A model generated the notes under the pieces. That model saw only the letters and a list, made by a program, of their open reading frames with translations, was not told the origin of the DNA and searched no databases. From the UHGV virus genome UHGV-0036031: DNA of 63,725 nt, one strand, 5' to 3'. Source of the stretch: a virus. Positions 9,136-20,090 of this stretch are shown here, piece after piece (within the stretch, counting starts at the first letter, position 1; each line of letters begins with the position of its first letter). Position numbers and translations under genes: made by a program.

Positions 9136-10284
9136 TTGCATGCGATGGATGAGGAGAAGGAAGCAGTGATGAGCGATGAGGAACGGGCCGAGGCCATGTT
9201 CCAGGCGGGTCTTGACGCACCTGGCAAGAGGACGTTCCACCCCGGTGGCGAGCCCACCAAGGAGCAGCCGAAGGACGAGGACGGAACCCCCGAGGACCTG
9301 ATCGACAACGCCGTGGATCCCAAGGGCAAGACCGAGGACACGGATGCGGACAAGAAAGGCGCCAAGACCACGCCGGACAAGGCCGCGACCGAGGACACGG
9401 ATGCGGACACGGACGACCTGATCGCCAGCGCCGTGGGCCTCAAGAAGCAGGCACCGCCCAAGGTCACGGCACCCGTCAAGGAGTGGTTCGAGAAGAACGG
9501 ATACGGGGATCCCGCAGCCATCATCGAGGAACTGCCAAGCCTGCGCAAGGAGGCAGAGCAACTGCGCGAGAAAGCCAAGCTCGCCGATGAACGCCTCGAC
9601 ACCCTCGACAAGCTCGACCTCGACCTGCGCAACGCCATCCGCCTCGCCTCCGAGGGCAAGGACTGGAAGCAGGTGCTGGGACGGCCCTCGCTGGACTTCT
9701 CCATCGAGGCCGACAAGCACGACCCCAAGACCCTGATTGACACCTACGCCCCAGGCAAGGTGTCGGCGGAGGATTGGGAGGAATACGCCGACGAGGACGG
9801 CGACCCCAAGGTGAAACGCTTCGTGGACGCCACGCTGGAGGCCGCGAAGGTCAAGTATGACAAGGACCGCTCCGAGGCCACATCCCTGATCGAGGGGATG
9901 GACAGGCAGGCCAAGGAGCGGCAGCAGAAGTATGATACCTCGTATGAGGCCTCATTGAACCATGTGTTCTCCGCCATCCCCGGAAGCAAGGGGCACAAGG
10001 CGGAGTTTGAAAAGGCGTTCCGGGACATCGGCAAGATGTTCATCGGCGACGATGGCGCGACGGTGCGACCCGAGGCCATCCTCAATGCTTGGCGCATCAA
10101 GAACTTCGATGCTCTTCTTGCGGCGGCGGAAAGGAAGGCGGAACAGCGGGCGCGGGACGTAGGCGCGATCGACCTCGCACGGAGGACGGACCAGCGGCGG
10201 GAGGTTGCCCGCGCTGACAGCGGGGATCCCGGACGCACGAAGATCGAGCAACAGGTGGACGAGTTCTTCAAGTCACACCTTTGA
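9136..10284 (+). CDS. Putative scaffolding protein
   Basis: 382-aa ORF. It is acidic and K/E/D-rich with a 'TEDTDAD' tandem repeat and predicted coiled coil. It sits between the portal and the major capsid gene. Confidence 0.45.
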   Translation: MHAMDEEKEAVMSDEERAEAMFQAGLDAPGKRTFHPGGEPTKEQPKDEDGTPEDLIDNAVDPKGKTEDTDADKKGAKTTPDKAATEDTDADTDDLIASAVGLKKQAPPKVTAPVKEWFEKNGYGDPAAIIEELPSLRKEAEQLREKAKLADERLDTLDKLDLDLRNAIRLASEGKDWKQVLGRPSLDFSIEADKHDPKTLIDTYAPGKVSAEDWEEYADEDGDPKVKRFVDATLEAAKVKYDKDRSEATSLIEGMDRQAKERQQKYDTSYEASLNHVFSAIPGSKGHKAEFEKAFRDIGKMFIGDDGATVRPEAILNAWRIKNFDALLAAAERKAEQRARDVGAIDLARRTDQRREVARADSGDPGRTKIEQQVDEFFKSHL

Positions 10285-10352
10285 CGGTGCTTCGCAGGGT
10301 TGGAAGAGGAGAGAGGGAATGTGAGAAGGAGAAACCAAACTGACAAAGCACA

Positions 10353-11660
10353 ATGCCACAAGTACGTTACCCCGATGGAGGGGTACCCAATGAGAACGTA
10401 GTAGTGAACCCGCTGGGTTCGCTCGTCCCGTATCTCGCACCCGCCGCCGCCAACGCGACGGTCACGGACCTGATCCAGAACAAGGTTCTCAACAAGTTCA
10501 TCGGCACGCGGCCCTCGAAGTACGAGAGCATGATCACCACGCTGCTCTTCGGCAGCCAGCCCGAGTTCTTCCCCACGCCCGAGTGCGTGTGGCGCGAATG
10601 GCCCGAGCAGCGCATCGCCCTGACCAGCACCGGCGTCATGGCCGCCGTGGGCGCCAACGCCAACGGCTATGTCACCGGCACCGTGACGGTCAACGCCGCC
10701 TCGTTCGCCGCCGCCAAGATCAACCAGCGCGTGTACTACAAGAACACCGTGGCCACGATCACCGGCAAGACCGCACCCGATACCCTGACGCTCAAGAGCG
10801 GTATCAAGGGCGGCGCATTGGAGGCACTGGCGGCGGGTGACATCATCACCCCCAGCGCCGAGGTCCGCGCCGATGGCGACAACGCCATCCACAACCACAG
10901 CCGCTTCGGCACCGTGCGCCGGGTGAACTTCACCACCACGATCATGAACACCGAGGAGTACGGCCGCAAGGCGTACCTCGCCATGAAGAACGGCGGAACC
11001 ACCGACTTCCTGCCCCGCTCCCTGGAGGAGCTGATCTGGCAGACCAAGGTGGATGCCATGGTCGAGATCATCCGTGGCGTGAAGGGCATCCAGGAGAACG
11101 CCGACGGGAAGCTGACGCACACCACCGACGGCATCGAGGCGCAGTACGCCAATGCCGGTGGCACCATCATCGGCGCCACCATGGGCAATCTCACCGCCGT
11201 CTTCGAGGACGCCCTGCACAACACCGCCCACAAGTCCAGCGGGCGCAAGCTGGTGATCGCCAGCAACCGCCTTCTGACCGAGCTGAGCAAGAAGTACAAG
11301 TTCACCGGCACCCGCTACGTCCCCAATGACGTGGTGGCCCGCCTGAACCTCAAGAGCGTCGAGGTCGGCGCCACCGAGGCGTACTTCGTGCCCTGCGACC
11401 TGCTGGAGGATCCCAACTACCTGCCCGGCTTCGAGGGCCGCATGTACCTGCTGGACCCCGACAGCATCAAGCCCGCAGGCATGGAGGGCATGCCCTACCT
11501 CGACATCAACGGCATGGTCGGCAACATGCTCGAAGGGCTGGAGCTGACCGACAAGCCCAAGGGCAGCAAGGAGGACATCAAGCGCAAGAGCGTCGAGGCC
11601 ACCTTCGCCGTGATGATGCAGAACGCGGGTACCAACGCGATCCTGAACGTGGCCCTGTAA
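10353..11660 (+). CDS. Major capsid protein (putative)
   Basis: 435-aa ORF preceded by a long purine-rich tract (GGAAGAGGAGAGAGGGAATGTGAGAAGGAGAAACC). Followed by a strong GC hairpin. Its position after the scaffold and its size fit an HK97-type capsid protein. Confidence 0.6.
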   Translation: MPQVRYPDGGVPNENVVVNPLGSLVPYLAPAAANATVTDLIQNKVLNKFIGTRPSKYESMITTLLFGSQPEFFPTPECVWREWPEQRIALTSTGVMAAVGANANGYVTGTVTVNAASFAAAKINQRVYYKNTVATITGKTAPDTLTLKSGIKGGALEALAAGDIITPSAEVRADGDNAIHNHSRFGTVRRVNFTTTIMNTEEYGRKAYLAMKNGGTTDFLPRSLEELIWQTKVDAMVEIIRGVKGIQENADGKLTHTTDGIEAQYANAGGTIIGATMGNLTAVFEDALHNTAHKSSGRKLVIASNRLLTELSKKYKFTGTRYVPNDVVARLNLKSVEVGATEAYFVPCDLLEDPNYLPGFEGRMYLLDPDSIKPAGMEGMPYLDINGMVGNMLEGLELTDKPKGSKEDIKRKSVEATFAVMMQNAGTNAILNVAL

Positions 11661-11677
11661 GACAGGGATGAGGCAAT

Positions 11678-11703
11678 GGGGGCGGGTCCACCGGCCCGCC
11701 CCC
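11678..11703 (+). terminator. GC-rich stem-loop downstream of the capsid gene (attenuator or RNA stabiliser; no U-tract)
   Basis: GGGGGCGGGTC-CACC-GGCCCGCCCCC: an 11-bp stem with one G-T wobble, 18 nt after the capsid stop codon. Confidence 0.35.
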
Positions 11704-11727
11704 TGAAGCCTTGGAAGACACAACCCG

Positions 11728-12546
11728 GTGGACAAGAACAAGACAATGGCAGGAGCAGGAAGCAAGAACCCCTACAAGCAGGAGGCCGAGGACCAGAAAC
11801 CCAAGCCGCAACCTGCTGATACCAAGGACCAGTCCTTCGCGGACGCCGTGAGGCAGGCCGTGGAGAAGGAGGTCGAGAAGGCCCGAAAGGAGCTGGCGGC
11901 ACAGTATGAGGCCAAGCTGGCACAGGCCGGTCGCACCCATGTCACCAATGACACCCAGAAGGTGTACGTGGTGGCAGAGAAGGAGGAGAAGCCCCTGTAT
12001 GCCGGACGCGCCGAGGTCGGCGATGATGACTGGACCGACACCACCATGCGCATCATCCGCCACGGCAACTCAAAGACCTTCAGCGGCTTCATCATCGGCG
12101 GGCGCCATGTGGAATGCCCCCGGTCGGTGCTGATCCGATTCCGCCCATGGTCCGGCGGCGGAGCCACCCGCTTCGGCGATGGCGACCAACTGGTGTACCT
12201 GGAGTTCTATGAGACCAACTCCATCAAGGAGCAGGAACTGTTCATGGCCGACGACCGCATGGGCGTGGATATGTACGTCGATGACGGGCGCATCGTGACC
12301 ACCGGCGACGTGGAGTACACCCGCCTGCTCACCACCTACAAGCGCATGCTCGACGGGGAACCCGCCGACCGCGTGCGCAAACGCTACACCGCCGAAGGCG
12401 GAAAGGCGGGGGTCAGCAGCGAGGACATGCGCCTGTGGCTCGCCAAGCGCGATGCCGATGCGCAGTTCCAACGGATGAAGGAGCAACGGAACCTGGAGAG
12501 CGTGACCGACAGAAAGGAAAGGATCCTGCAAGAAGGCAGGGTATGA
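11728..12546 (+). CDS. Hypothetical virion protein
   Basis: 272-aa ORF in the head morphogenesis block. Lys/Glu-rich N-terminus. Confidence 0.4.
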   Translation: MDKNKTMAGAGSKNPYKQEAEDQKPKPQPADTKDQSFADAVRQAVEKEVEKARKELAAQYEAKLAQAGRTHVTNDTQKVYVVAEKEEKPLYAGRAEVGDDDWTDTTMRIIRHGNSKTFSGFIIGGRHVECPRSVLIRFRPWSGGGATRFGDGDQLVYLEFYETNSIKEQELFMADDRMGVDMYVDDGRIVTTGDVEYTRLLTTYKRMLDGEPADRVRKRYTAEGGKAGVSSEDMRLWLAKRDADAQFQRMKEQRNLESVTDRKERILQEGRV

Positions 12547-12552
12547 TCCATC

Positions 12553-13362
12553 ATGATCGCATTCCGGGATGTCGATGAGCAGGTCCTTGCAAGGCTCGAT
12601 GCCGTGGGCACCGACGCCTACGACCTGAACCTCGACCGCATCCCCGCCGTCAACGCCGCACAGCACGCCGTACAGCATGCGCTCACCGCCATGCTGGAGG
12701 AACGCAAGTTCAGCGCCGAGAACCTGCGCGACCTCAATGTGGTGCCGGTATACCAGACAAGCCTGTACGGACAGGTGGAACTATCGGCGCCATCCAGCAA
12801 CGGGGCCACCCTGCCGTTCGACGTGTGGAGCGTGGTGGCCGTGTACCCCGAGTTCATCGCGGCCGGTCCCATGACCCCCGTGCCGGACACCGTGGATACA
12901 CGTAGCTGGCTTCGGCCCGACATACGCTTCACCGCACCCCTGAAGGCCGCAAAGCGGTACACCCAGGAGCAATGGGCGGCGGTGAACAAGGACATCTTCG
13001 CACCCGGAAACACCATCGCGACCAACCCCAAGGGCAAGGAGTACGGATACCTGTGGGCCAACAGGGCGCTCGTGGCCGGTGGCCCGCCGTCAAGGCCCGT
13101 GCTCACCGTGCTGGGGTTGCAGCAGGGGGCAAGGCACCAGGTGGCCGTGGCCCTGCTCAAGACCCCGAACATGGTGCCGCAGATGCCGCTCTACGAGGCC
13201 GACCCCCTGTATGCGTCCACGCAACTGGAGTGGCCCGACAACATGCGGGACCTGCTCGTGGCCTCGGCGCTCAGGGCGTTGTCCTACAAGCAGGGTGACG
13301 GCACCACGCAATACACCCTTTCCACGTCTGAACTGTCCATGCTCATGGGCCTGATAAGCTGA
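12553..13362 (+). CDS. Hypothetical virion protein
   Basis: 269-aa ORF, co-directional and tightly packed. Confidence 0.4.
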   Translation: MIAFRDVDEQVLARLDAVGTDAYDLNLDRIPAVNAAQHAVQHALTAMLEERKFSAENLRDLNVVPVYQTSLYGQVELSAPSSNGATLPFDVWSVVAVYPEFIAAGPMTPVPDTVDTRSWLRPDIRFTAPLKAAKRYTQEQWAAVNKDIFAPGNTIATNPKGKEYGYLWANRALVAGGPPSRPVLTVLGLQQGARHQVAVALLKTPNMVPQMPLYEADPLYASTQLEWPDNMRDLLVASALRALSYKQGDGTTQYTLSTSELSMLMGLIS

Positions 13363-14072
13363 TGGAGACGCTGCGAACGATATGGTCCGACGTGAAGAGG
13401 ACCTTGGCACAGACCAAGGATGACCTCGACATCCCCGACATGCAGGGATGGTACTGGACGCTCGTTGTCGCCGACCGCCTGCGCATGCAGCACATCGTGA
13501 AGATGCGCAGCGGCGCCTACCTCACGCGGTTCGTGCTGCCCGTGCTAACCGACACGGCCTTCACATCGCGCTACTACGTGACGCTGCCAAGGAGCATCTA
13601 TGACATCGACCTCGATGCGGCCGTGGAGTGCCTGTGCTACTGGAGGCCGTCCGCCTGCACGCCCGACTACGAGCGCATCACCTTCTTCCGAAGCGACTTC
13701 TCCCGGATACGGTCCCGCGCCATGAGCAAGTACCAGATGCCGGACCCCGCACATCCCTACTTCCTGCGGGAAGGTGACAGGCTGTATCTCGAAGGCGTGG
13801 CCGCAGGGCTGAACAATATCGAGGCACACCTGTACACCACCCTGCCGGACGTGGACAGCGTGGACCCAGACATGCCACTGGACTTCCCCAAGGAACTGAT
13901 ATACCCGCTGATCCGGGCGCTGAGGGACATGGGGCGCTTCGCCCTTGCCATGCCCGGAGAGCACCTGACCAATGACGGCACCAACCGACCGGCGGGGCGC
14001 GTGGCCGGTGCCCCCGAGAAGACGGTGAGCGTGAACGACCCCCTTGTGAACACTGGCGATGCCGACAAGTAG
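13362..14072 (+). CDS. Hypothetical virion protein
   Basis: 236-aa ORF. Its start overlaps the previous stop. Confidence 0.4.
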   Translation: METLRTIWSDVKRTLAQTKDDLDIPDMQGWYWTLVVADRLRMQHIVKMRSGAYLTRFVLPVLTDTAFTSRYYVTLPRSIYDIDLDAAVECLCYWRPSACTPDYERITFFRSDFSRIRSRAMSKYQMPDPAHPYFLREGDRLYLEGVAAGLNNIEAHLYTTLPDVDSVDPDMPLDFPKELIYPLIRALRDMGRFALAMPGEHLTNDGTNRPAGRVAGAPEKTVSVNDPLVNTGDADK

Positions 14073-14811
14073 CGGATATATATCCCCAGACGAGATCATC
14101 GCCGACGCCACGAGCCTTGTGGATGACGAGGGCTTCAAGAAGTTCAGCTACGGAAGCTACTTGTCAGAGGTCCAGCAGGCCCTCGGTGAACTGGCCTTCG
14201 ACACGCACTTCGACGACAAGGTGTGGTACTCCACCATCCCCCCGGACCTGCAAGTGCAGTTGCCCGAAGGGGTGGTCAGCATCGAGCGCATGTTCGTCTA
14301 CAACGGGGAGTGCTCACCCACCTCCATCGTACCCTTGCGCAAGGCCGTGGGCTTCACCCGCATGAAGGGCGCTACCTTCAAGGAGCAGATGGGGATCGGC
14401 AACACCGACGCCATCATGGATGACGTGTACAGCTACCCCCACGGGGTGCCGTACTACAACACCATCGGCGGTGTGATAATGCTCAGTGACGCCTGTGTGG
14501 CCTTCAGCAACATCATGGTCCGGTACAAGGGCCTGGGGTGCAACCTCGGTGACGCCCCGGTGATACCCTATGAGCTTCGTCAAGCCGTGAAGCTGTATGT
14601 GGCCAACGCCCAGCTCACCAAGCTCTTCGCACGGGAACCCGCACGCTGGGGCGCCGTGCTCCAGAACGTGAAGCGCGACCTGCACGTGGGCAACGGACCC
14701 CTCGACCCCGGCGCGTGGGTCAGGGCCAAGCGGCGCGTGCAGGCCATCGACAAGAAGGAGGCACGTGACATCGCCCTCTACCTGACGCGCTTGCAAAGCC
14801 CGCCGTATTGA
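14059..14811 (+). CDS. Hypothetical virion protein
   Basis: 250-aa ORF overlapping its neighbours by 14 and 4 nt. Confidence 0.4.
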   Translation: MPTSSGYISPDEIIADATSLVDDEGFKKFSYGSYLSEVQQALGELAFDTHFDDKVWYSTIPPDLQVQLPEGVVSIERMFVYNGECSPTSIVPLRKAVGFTRMKGATFKEQMGIGNTDAIMDDVYSYPHGVPYYNTIGGVIMLSDACVAFSNIMVRYKGLGCNLGDAPVIPYELRQAVKLYVANAQLTKLFAREPARWGAVLQNVKRDLHVGNGPLDPGAWVRAKRRVQAIDKKEARDIALYLTRLQSPPY

Positions 14812-17800
14812 TGAAGCAGGACCACCGCCCATGGACGGACAAGACCTTCTCCGGCGGCGCCAACACGGATGCCGACGGGGCCGTGGTGGCCAACAATGAG
14901 GGTACATACCGCGATGCGCGGAACATGCGCCTCGTGGATGATGCGGGCGGGAACGGCACCCTCGTGAAGATCGGGGGTGAGACGGTGATCCATCCACCTA
15001 CCGTTCATGGCGCATCCACCTACCGCTGTATCGGGGCCATCGACGTGAAGGGCAGGAAGGTGGAGTTCTGGGCCAGCAGTCAACCGGCGTCATACGCGCC
15101 ACTGGTGCGCATCGACGGGGTGGTGACGGCGCAGAGCGACAAGATACCCTACGTGTACAGCCACGTGTTGCAGCTCGACAAGAGCGAGGACTGCGAGGGT
15201 GGGCTGGTGTTCGACGCCAACAGCGATGCCATACCCCTGCATTGGGACATCGGCCACATGCTCGATGAGCTTGCCGCTGGCGCACAGACCTACTTCAGCG
15301 GGTTCGACGTGACGGCCTTGCAGGCCACGCCCACACGCCCCGTGAACCGCCCCGTGTTCCTTGGACTGGTGGACGCCGGGGCGGGCGGTGGCATATTCCC
15401 CGGACAGTATGCCTACTGCCTGCGGTATGTGAACCTCACCGGGGACCGCACGCCGGACGGACCCTTCCTTGAGCACGTGGATGTGCCGTGGATGAATGGC
15501 GGGGCGCCGTCCATACCGTCGGCAGGGGTGGTCGGGGCCACACCGGCACAGGCCGGGCAGCATACCCAATGGGGGGTCAGGCTCCTGTTCCGCGTGGACA
15601 ACAAGGCCAACTTCGACAGCATCGAGATCATCCGCAGGCAGCTCATACAGGACGCCGGGCCGGACGCCGTGGAGGACATCGTGGTGGCCGCTCGCATCGC
15701 CATCACCCCAGGACAGAACGAGGTGCTTGAGCATATCGACAAGGGCGACACCGTGGACGCCCTGCCGGGGGATGCAGAGGCCGTGCAGACCTACTACATC
15801 AAGAAGGCCGAGAGCGTGCGCTATGTGAACTACCGCGTGGCATACGGCAATGTGGAGATCGCCGGTAGGGACATCACCGCCTCCTACGGCAATGACCCCC
15901 TGTTCCCCGTAACGGCGTCCATCGGCACCATGGGACATGCCGACGCCGTGAACCGCTGCTACAAGCGCCGCTTCCAGAGCGGGGAGAGGTATGGCATCGG
16001 CGCCATGTACTACCTGCCTGACGGGTCACAGTCCTTCGTGGACCCCGTGAAGGACGTGCAGATGCCCAACCGGCGCGACCCGAAGACGGGGGATAGTTTG
16101 ACATGGAGCGATGCACCATGCCTCGCCGCCACCACGCAGTGCCTGTCGGCCACCAAGGTGGGACCTACGTTCGAGATCTTCGACCATGTGAACGCCACCG
16201 GCAAGAGGCCCACCATCGAGAACGGCGTGGGAAGGCACGTCAACGTCATGATGGGCGGAAGGAGGGCGACCATGGCACCGGCCGGTAATGACTTCGCCTT
16301 CAGCCCCGTGCCGGGTTCCGGGGAGACATACATCGACAATAGCTTCAAGAAGACGGCGTGGCCCGTGCCCCTGACCCCGCACATGGCATCCGAGCCGTGG
16401 AAGCTGGGGCTGGACTACCGCGTGAACAAGCAGGTGCGGTCGCACTACGGGACAAGGCTGGATTACGACCCCAAGGTGTTCAATGTCACACACCACTCCC
16501 TCGGGATGGCGTTCCGTGGGGTGGCGCCGGTGCCGGGAACCCAGGGCTTCTCCATGATGGCCACGAAACCCGCAGGGAGGGTGGTGGCGCAGGGGTTGGC
16601 AAGGTGGGTCCTGAAGGAGAACTACGCATCCAGCGGGGACAAACAGGTGTCCAAGGAGCTGTACTCCATGCAGGTGAGCTTCCCCGACTTTGACGCCGGG
16701 GTGATGAACCAGTCCGACTTCGACGCCATCGCGGCGGGGACGGCGGCGGGAGGGTACAAGGTCCAGATGGTGTCACCCCTTGGCTTCGCCAGCGAGGTGT
16801 ACGGATCGGCCATGATGGCGCATGCCAACGCACCCCTCGGCTTCCTTGCCGACATGATGAGCTACGCGAGGGTGCTGTGGGACAAGGGGCAGATAAACCC
16901 CGGCAACGCCGACGGCATCAACGAGCCGCAGGCTGACAACAGCAACTACTACGCGGGGTTCGGGCGCTGGCGCAATGGCATGGGGAGCGTGCCTTGGCAG
17001 ACGCAGGACGGCAACGTGGAGCTTGACGTGGCCACGGCAGCCACGACATCCATCCCCGGCGTGCTGACGCTCACCTTCAACCATCCGGTGTACAGCGGGT
17101 CGTGGGCAGGCCCCGGCATCTTCACCGACGGCAATACCAAGAACTTCCATGAGCCGTGGTACGTGGTGAACATCGTCCGGGACAGGCAGCCGGACCTTGA
17201 CGACGGATATGTGGGGTGCAACCACTTCCAGGCGTGGGTGAGCGACATCGGGGCCATCACCGGGCAGAACCAGTCGTTCCGCCTTGCCGATGAGCGCCTT
17301 GCCGACATCGAAGGGTACAACACCGACGGCATCGAGCGGTACGTGCATGTGGTGGACCCGGCGCTCGGCGACCTCGTGTACATGAACGTGGAGGGGCTGA
17401 CACCATCGCAGGTGGCCCAGATGCTGCTCCAGATCCCCGGCGGCGGCGCCGTGACCTCCCCTGTGAGCGGCACCACGGTGAACGGGCTGTACGAGGTCAT
17501 CGACAATGGCGACGGCACAAGGTCCGTGCTCATGCGCTCCTGGGTCCCCGTGGGCGCCCGTGTGGAGGTGAGGTATGACCAGAGGGTGCCCGTGCTGTTC
17601 TTCGGTGACAGGGTGAGCGCACCGTGCCTCGCCCCCATCGTGGACGGATACGGGGCCGTCAACGGCGATGCGTACCCGAACCCCGTTGAGCCGGTACCTC
17701 CATTCATCGGCGGCTCGGACAGGCCCATAGCCATCATCAATGCCGACGCCTCCGGCGGGTATATTCCGACGGTGAACCCCATGATGGACCCCGGTGACAT

Positions 17801-19307
17801 GCAGGGGTGCCTCGTGACACACGGGGCTGCCGTCGGACCCTTCAACAACTACGTGTTCTCCGATGAGTATTACACGCCGTTCCTGAACCCGCACGCCTTC
17901 GGGGTGGGCAATTCAGGCAGCAACTTCAATGCGGAGGCCCTTGTTGTCAACCAGTTCTCCAATGGCGTCATCCACAGCCTGCGGCAATGGCTGGTGATGT
18001 TCGACTGCGAGGTCAAGGCCCCGGTGATGCTGTCCATGTACGCACCACCCGACGACCGCACGTTCCCGCAGGTGAACTACTACCCGAGGCCGTACCGCTT
18101 CGACGGCTCCGGCTTCAGCACCACCAACGGCTTCTTCCCCTCGCACACCACGCTGTACCCGGACCCTGGGACGCTCGGCAGGGGTGGCTTCTTCCATAAG
18201 ACCACGATCTTCAGCCCCCACCGCGTGCTGCCAAGGGTGCGCAACTACCGGAAGCCCCCGTTCTCCAAGGAGGAGACCAAGCTGTGCAACGCCGTCATCT
18301 GGAGCGAGAAGCACAGCCCGCTCCACTCCGACACACCGGCGCTGAAGACCTACCCGGTGAACAACATCGAGTTCATCGAGAATGGCACCGGCTCCATCCA
18401 GTACCTCTACTTCAAGGAGGGCACGATGTACGTGGTGACGGAGCACGGGACGTATGCCGCCCTGATCGAGCGCGGCGTGGTGGCCTCCCCCGACGGGCAG
18501 GACCTCACCATGTATGCGCAGACGAACTTCATAGGCACCGTGCAGAACCTGTCCCGAAGCGTGGGCATGCCGACGGGAACATGGGAGACGGTGGCGGAGG
18601 GCAGCGTGATGACGGAGGGAGGCGCCCGCCGCGATGCGATGATGTGGTTCGACGGCACAACGGTGTACCGCCTCCTGGGGAACGCCCCGCAGGACATCGC
18701 CAAGGGCAAGTACCGGAAGGGGCTGTATGCGGCATCGTCCGCCAGCAGGGGGAATTGGGGGTGCGGAGCCTACGATGCCGCCCGCGATGAACTATACCTG
18801 TGCCTGTCGGCCGACACGGTGTTCCATGCCTCATCCCCCGGCACCGACCATTGGTACGGCACCACCTTCCACCGCTACGACAGGATGCTGTTCTCCGGTG
18901 GGCGCATGTACGGGATGCGCGACCTTACGACATACCTGCTCGATGACGGCGACACCCTTGCCGACGGGACGCCCGTGGAGGGGTGGGTGAAGGTGGCCAG
19001 CGCACCCTGGCCGGGGCACCGCATGGAGTGGATGCGCGTCAAGGTGGACAGCCCCAGAAAGCCCACGCGCATCGAGTTCTTTAACGAGGACGACACCCTC
19101 GTGGCATGGATGGATGCCGCCACCTTCGGGCCATTCTATCTCAAGAAGGAGGACGCATGGGAACACTGGATACCCCTCGACAGGGTGACGGCGGCACCGT
19201 CGAAAAGGAGGATACAGGGGCGCGTGGCATACGCGAAGGTTATCTTCGCCGATGCTGGTGATGACAGGGTTGCGATGGTGTCAACACAGGTAAAACCGCT
19301 GAAATGA
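14808..19307 (+). CDS. Large virion structural protein (1499 aa), function unknown
   Basis: Uninterrupted 4.5-kb ORF with ATGA start overlap. No recognisable sheath, tube or tape-measure signature. Confidence 0.5.
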   Translation: MMKQDHRPWTDKTFSGGANTDADGAVVANNEGTYRDARNMRLVDDAGGNGTLVKIGGETVIHPPTVHGASTYRCIGAIDVKGRKVEFWASSQPASYAPLVRIDGVVTAQSDKIPYVYSHVLQLDKSEDCEGGLVFDANSDAIPLHWDIGHMLDELAAGAQTYFSGFDVTALQATPTRPVNRPVFLGLVDAGAGGGIFPGQYAYCLRYVNLTGDRTPDGPFLEHVDVPWMNGGAPSIPSAGVVGATPAQAGQHTQWGVRLLFRVDNKANFDSIEIIRRQLIQDAGPDAVEDIVVAARIAITPGQNEVLEHIDKGDTVDALPGDAEAVQTYYIKKAESVRYVNYRVAYGNVEIAGRDITASYGNDPLFPVTASIGTMGHADAVNRCYKRRFQSGERYGIGAMYYLPDGSQSFVDPVKDVQMPNRRDPKTGDSLTWSDAPCLAATTQCLSATKVGPTFEIFDHVNATGKRPTIENGVGRHVNVMMGGRRATMAPAGNDFAFSPVPGSGETYIDNSFKKTAWPVPLTPHMASEPWKLGLDYRVNKQVRSHYGTRLDYDPKVFNVTHHSLGMAFRGVAPVPGTQGFSMMATKPAGRVVAQGLARWVLKENYASSGDKQVSKELYSMQVSFPDFDAGVMNQSDFDAIAAGTAAGGYKVQMVSPLGFASEVYGSAMMAHANAPLGFLADMMSYARVLWDKGQINPGNADGINEPQADNSNYYAGFGRWRNGMGSVPWQTQDGNVELDVATAATTSIPGVLTLTFNHPVYSGSWAGPGIFTDGNTKNFHEPWYVVNIVRDRQPDLDDGYVGCNHFQAWVSDIGAITGQNQSFRLADERLADIEGYNTDGIERYVHVVDPALGDLVYMNVEGLTPSQVAQMLLQIPGGGAVTSPVSGTTVNGLYEVIDNGDGTRSVLMRSWVPVGARVEVRYDQRVPVLFFGDRVSAPCLAPIVDGYGAVNGDAYPNPVEPVPPFIGGSDRPIAIINADASGGYIPTVNPMMDPGDMQGCLVTHGAAVGPFNNYVFSDEYYTPFLNPHAFGVGNSGSNFNAEALVVNQFSNGVIHSLRQWLVMFDCEVKAPVMLSMYAPPDDRTFPQVNYYPRPYRFDGSGFSTTNGFFPSHTTLYPDPGTLGRGGFFHKTTIFSPHRVLPRVRNYRKPPFSKEETKLCNAVIWSEKHSPLHSDTPALKTYPVNNIEFIENGTGSIQYLYFKEGTMYVVTEHGTYAALIERGVVASPDGQDLTMYAQTNFIGTVQNLSRSVGMPTGTWETVAEGSVMTEGGARRDAMMWFDGTTVYRLLGNAPQDIAKGKYRKGLYAASSASRGNWGCGAYDAARDELYLCLSADTVFHASSPGTDHWYGTTFHRYDRMLFSGGRMYGMRDLTTYLLDDGDTLADGTPVEGWVKVASAPWPGHRMEWMRVKVDSPRKPTRIEFFNEDDTLVAWMDAATFGPFYLKKEDAWEHWIPLDRVTAAPSKRRIQGRVAYAKVIFADAGDDRVAMVSTQVKPLK

Positions 19308-20083
19308 TGCTTCTACAGGAGATCCACGATACGTTCGCCGTGGCCGCGCTGCCGCTGGTGCTCATGGGGGCGCAGCTCATCAAGGGCATCGCCGATTCAT
19401 CCACCGCAGGGAGGATGGAGGGAAGAGCCGACGCCTTGGCGAAGGACATCCCGCAGCAGGACCCCGGCGTGCGGGGGGCGCTCGACGAGATCCGCCAGCG
19501 CAGGCGCTATGCCGAAATGGGGCATGGCGCCATGCTGGGGTACAAGCGCCGCATGGCCGAGGAGGCAGGGCGCAACATGGGCAACAACCTCGTGAGGGCC
19601 GCTGGCACCTCGCCGGGCGCCACGCAGCAGGCGTTGTTGCGCGGGCAGAACGTCACCCAGCAGAGCCTCATGCGTGCCGGTGCGGAGAGCGAGGCGCTGG
19701 CGCCGCAGTACATGGCCATGGAGACGCCCTTGGTGCAGGACATGGCCGACCGTAAGCTGGCCTTGCAGCAGTACGCCCGCGATCAGGCCAACCTGCGGGC
19801 CACGCAGAAGAGACTGGACGCCAACAACGCCATCTTGGGCGTGTTCGGCCTCGCGTCGGCGATGCTGCCCAAGGTGGGGCTGACGGACAAGACGCCCACG
19901 GATGCGGCCAAGAGTGCAACCGCTGCTGCGAGCGGGGCTGCCGATGTGGCCACTGGTGCCGTGCCGGGGCTGAAGGGGGTGGCGGCACAGACGGGGCAGG
20001 GCATGCAGGGGCAATGGGGCCTTGGCGAAGGCAACACGTTCATTGGGCCTGACCCCAGGTTCAAGGGCTTTGGACTGCTATAA
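19304..20083 (+). CDS. Hypothetical virion/internal protein
   Basis: 259-aa ORF, Ala/Gln-rich. Confidence 0.4.
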   Translation: MMLLQEIHDTFAVAALPLVLMGAQLIKGIADSSTAGRMEGRADALAKDIPQQDPGVRGALDEIRQRRRYAEMGHGAMLGYKRRMAEEAGRNMGNNLVRAAGTSPGATQQALLRGQNVTQQSLMRAGAESEALAPQYMAMETPLVQDMADRKLALQQYARDQANLRATQKRLDANNAILGVFGLASAMLPKVGLTDKTPTDAAKSATAAASGAADVATGAVPGLKGVAAQTGQGMQGQWGLGEGNTFIGPDPRFKGFGLL

Positions 20084-20090
20084 GTGACCG

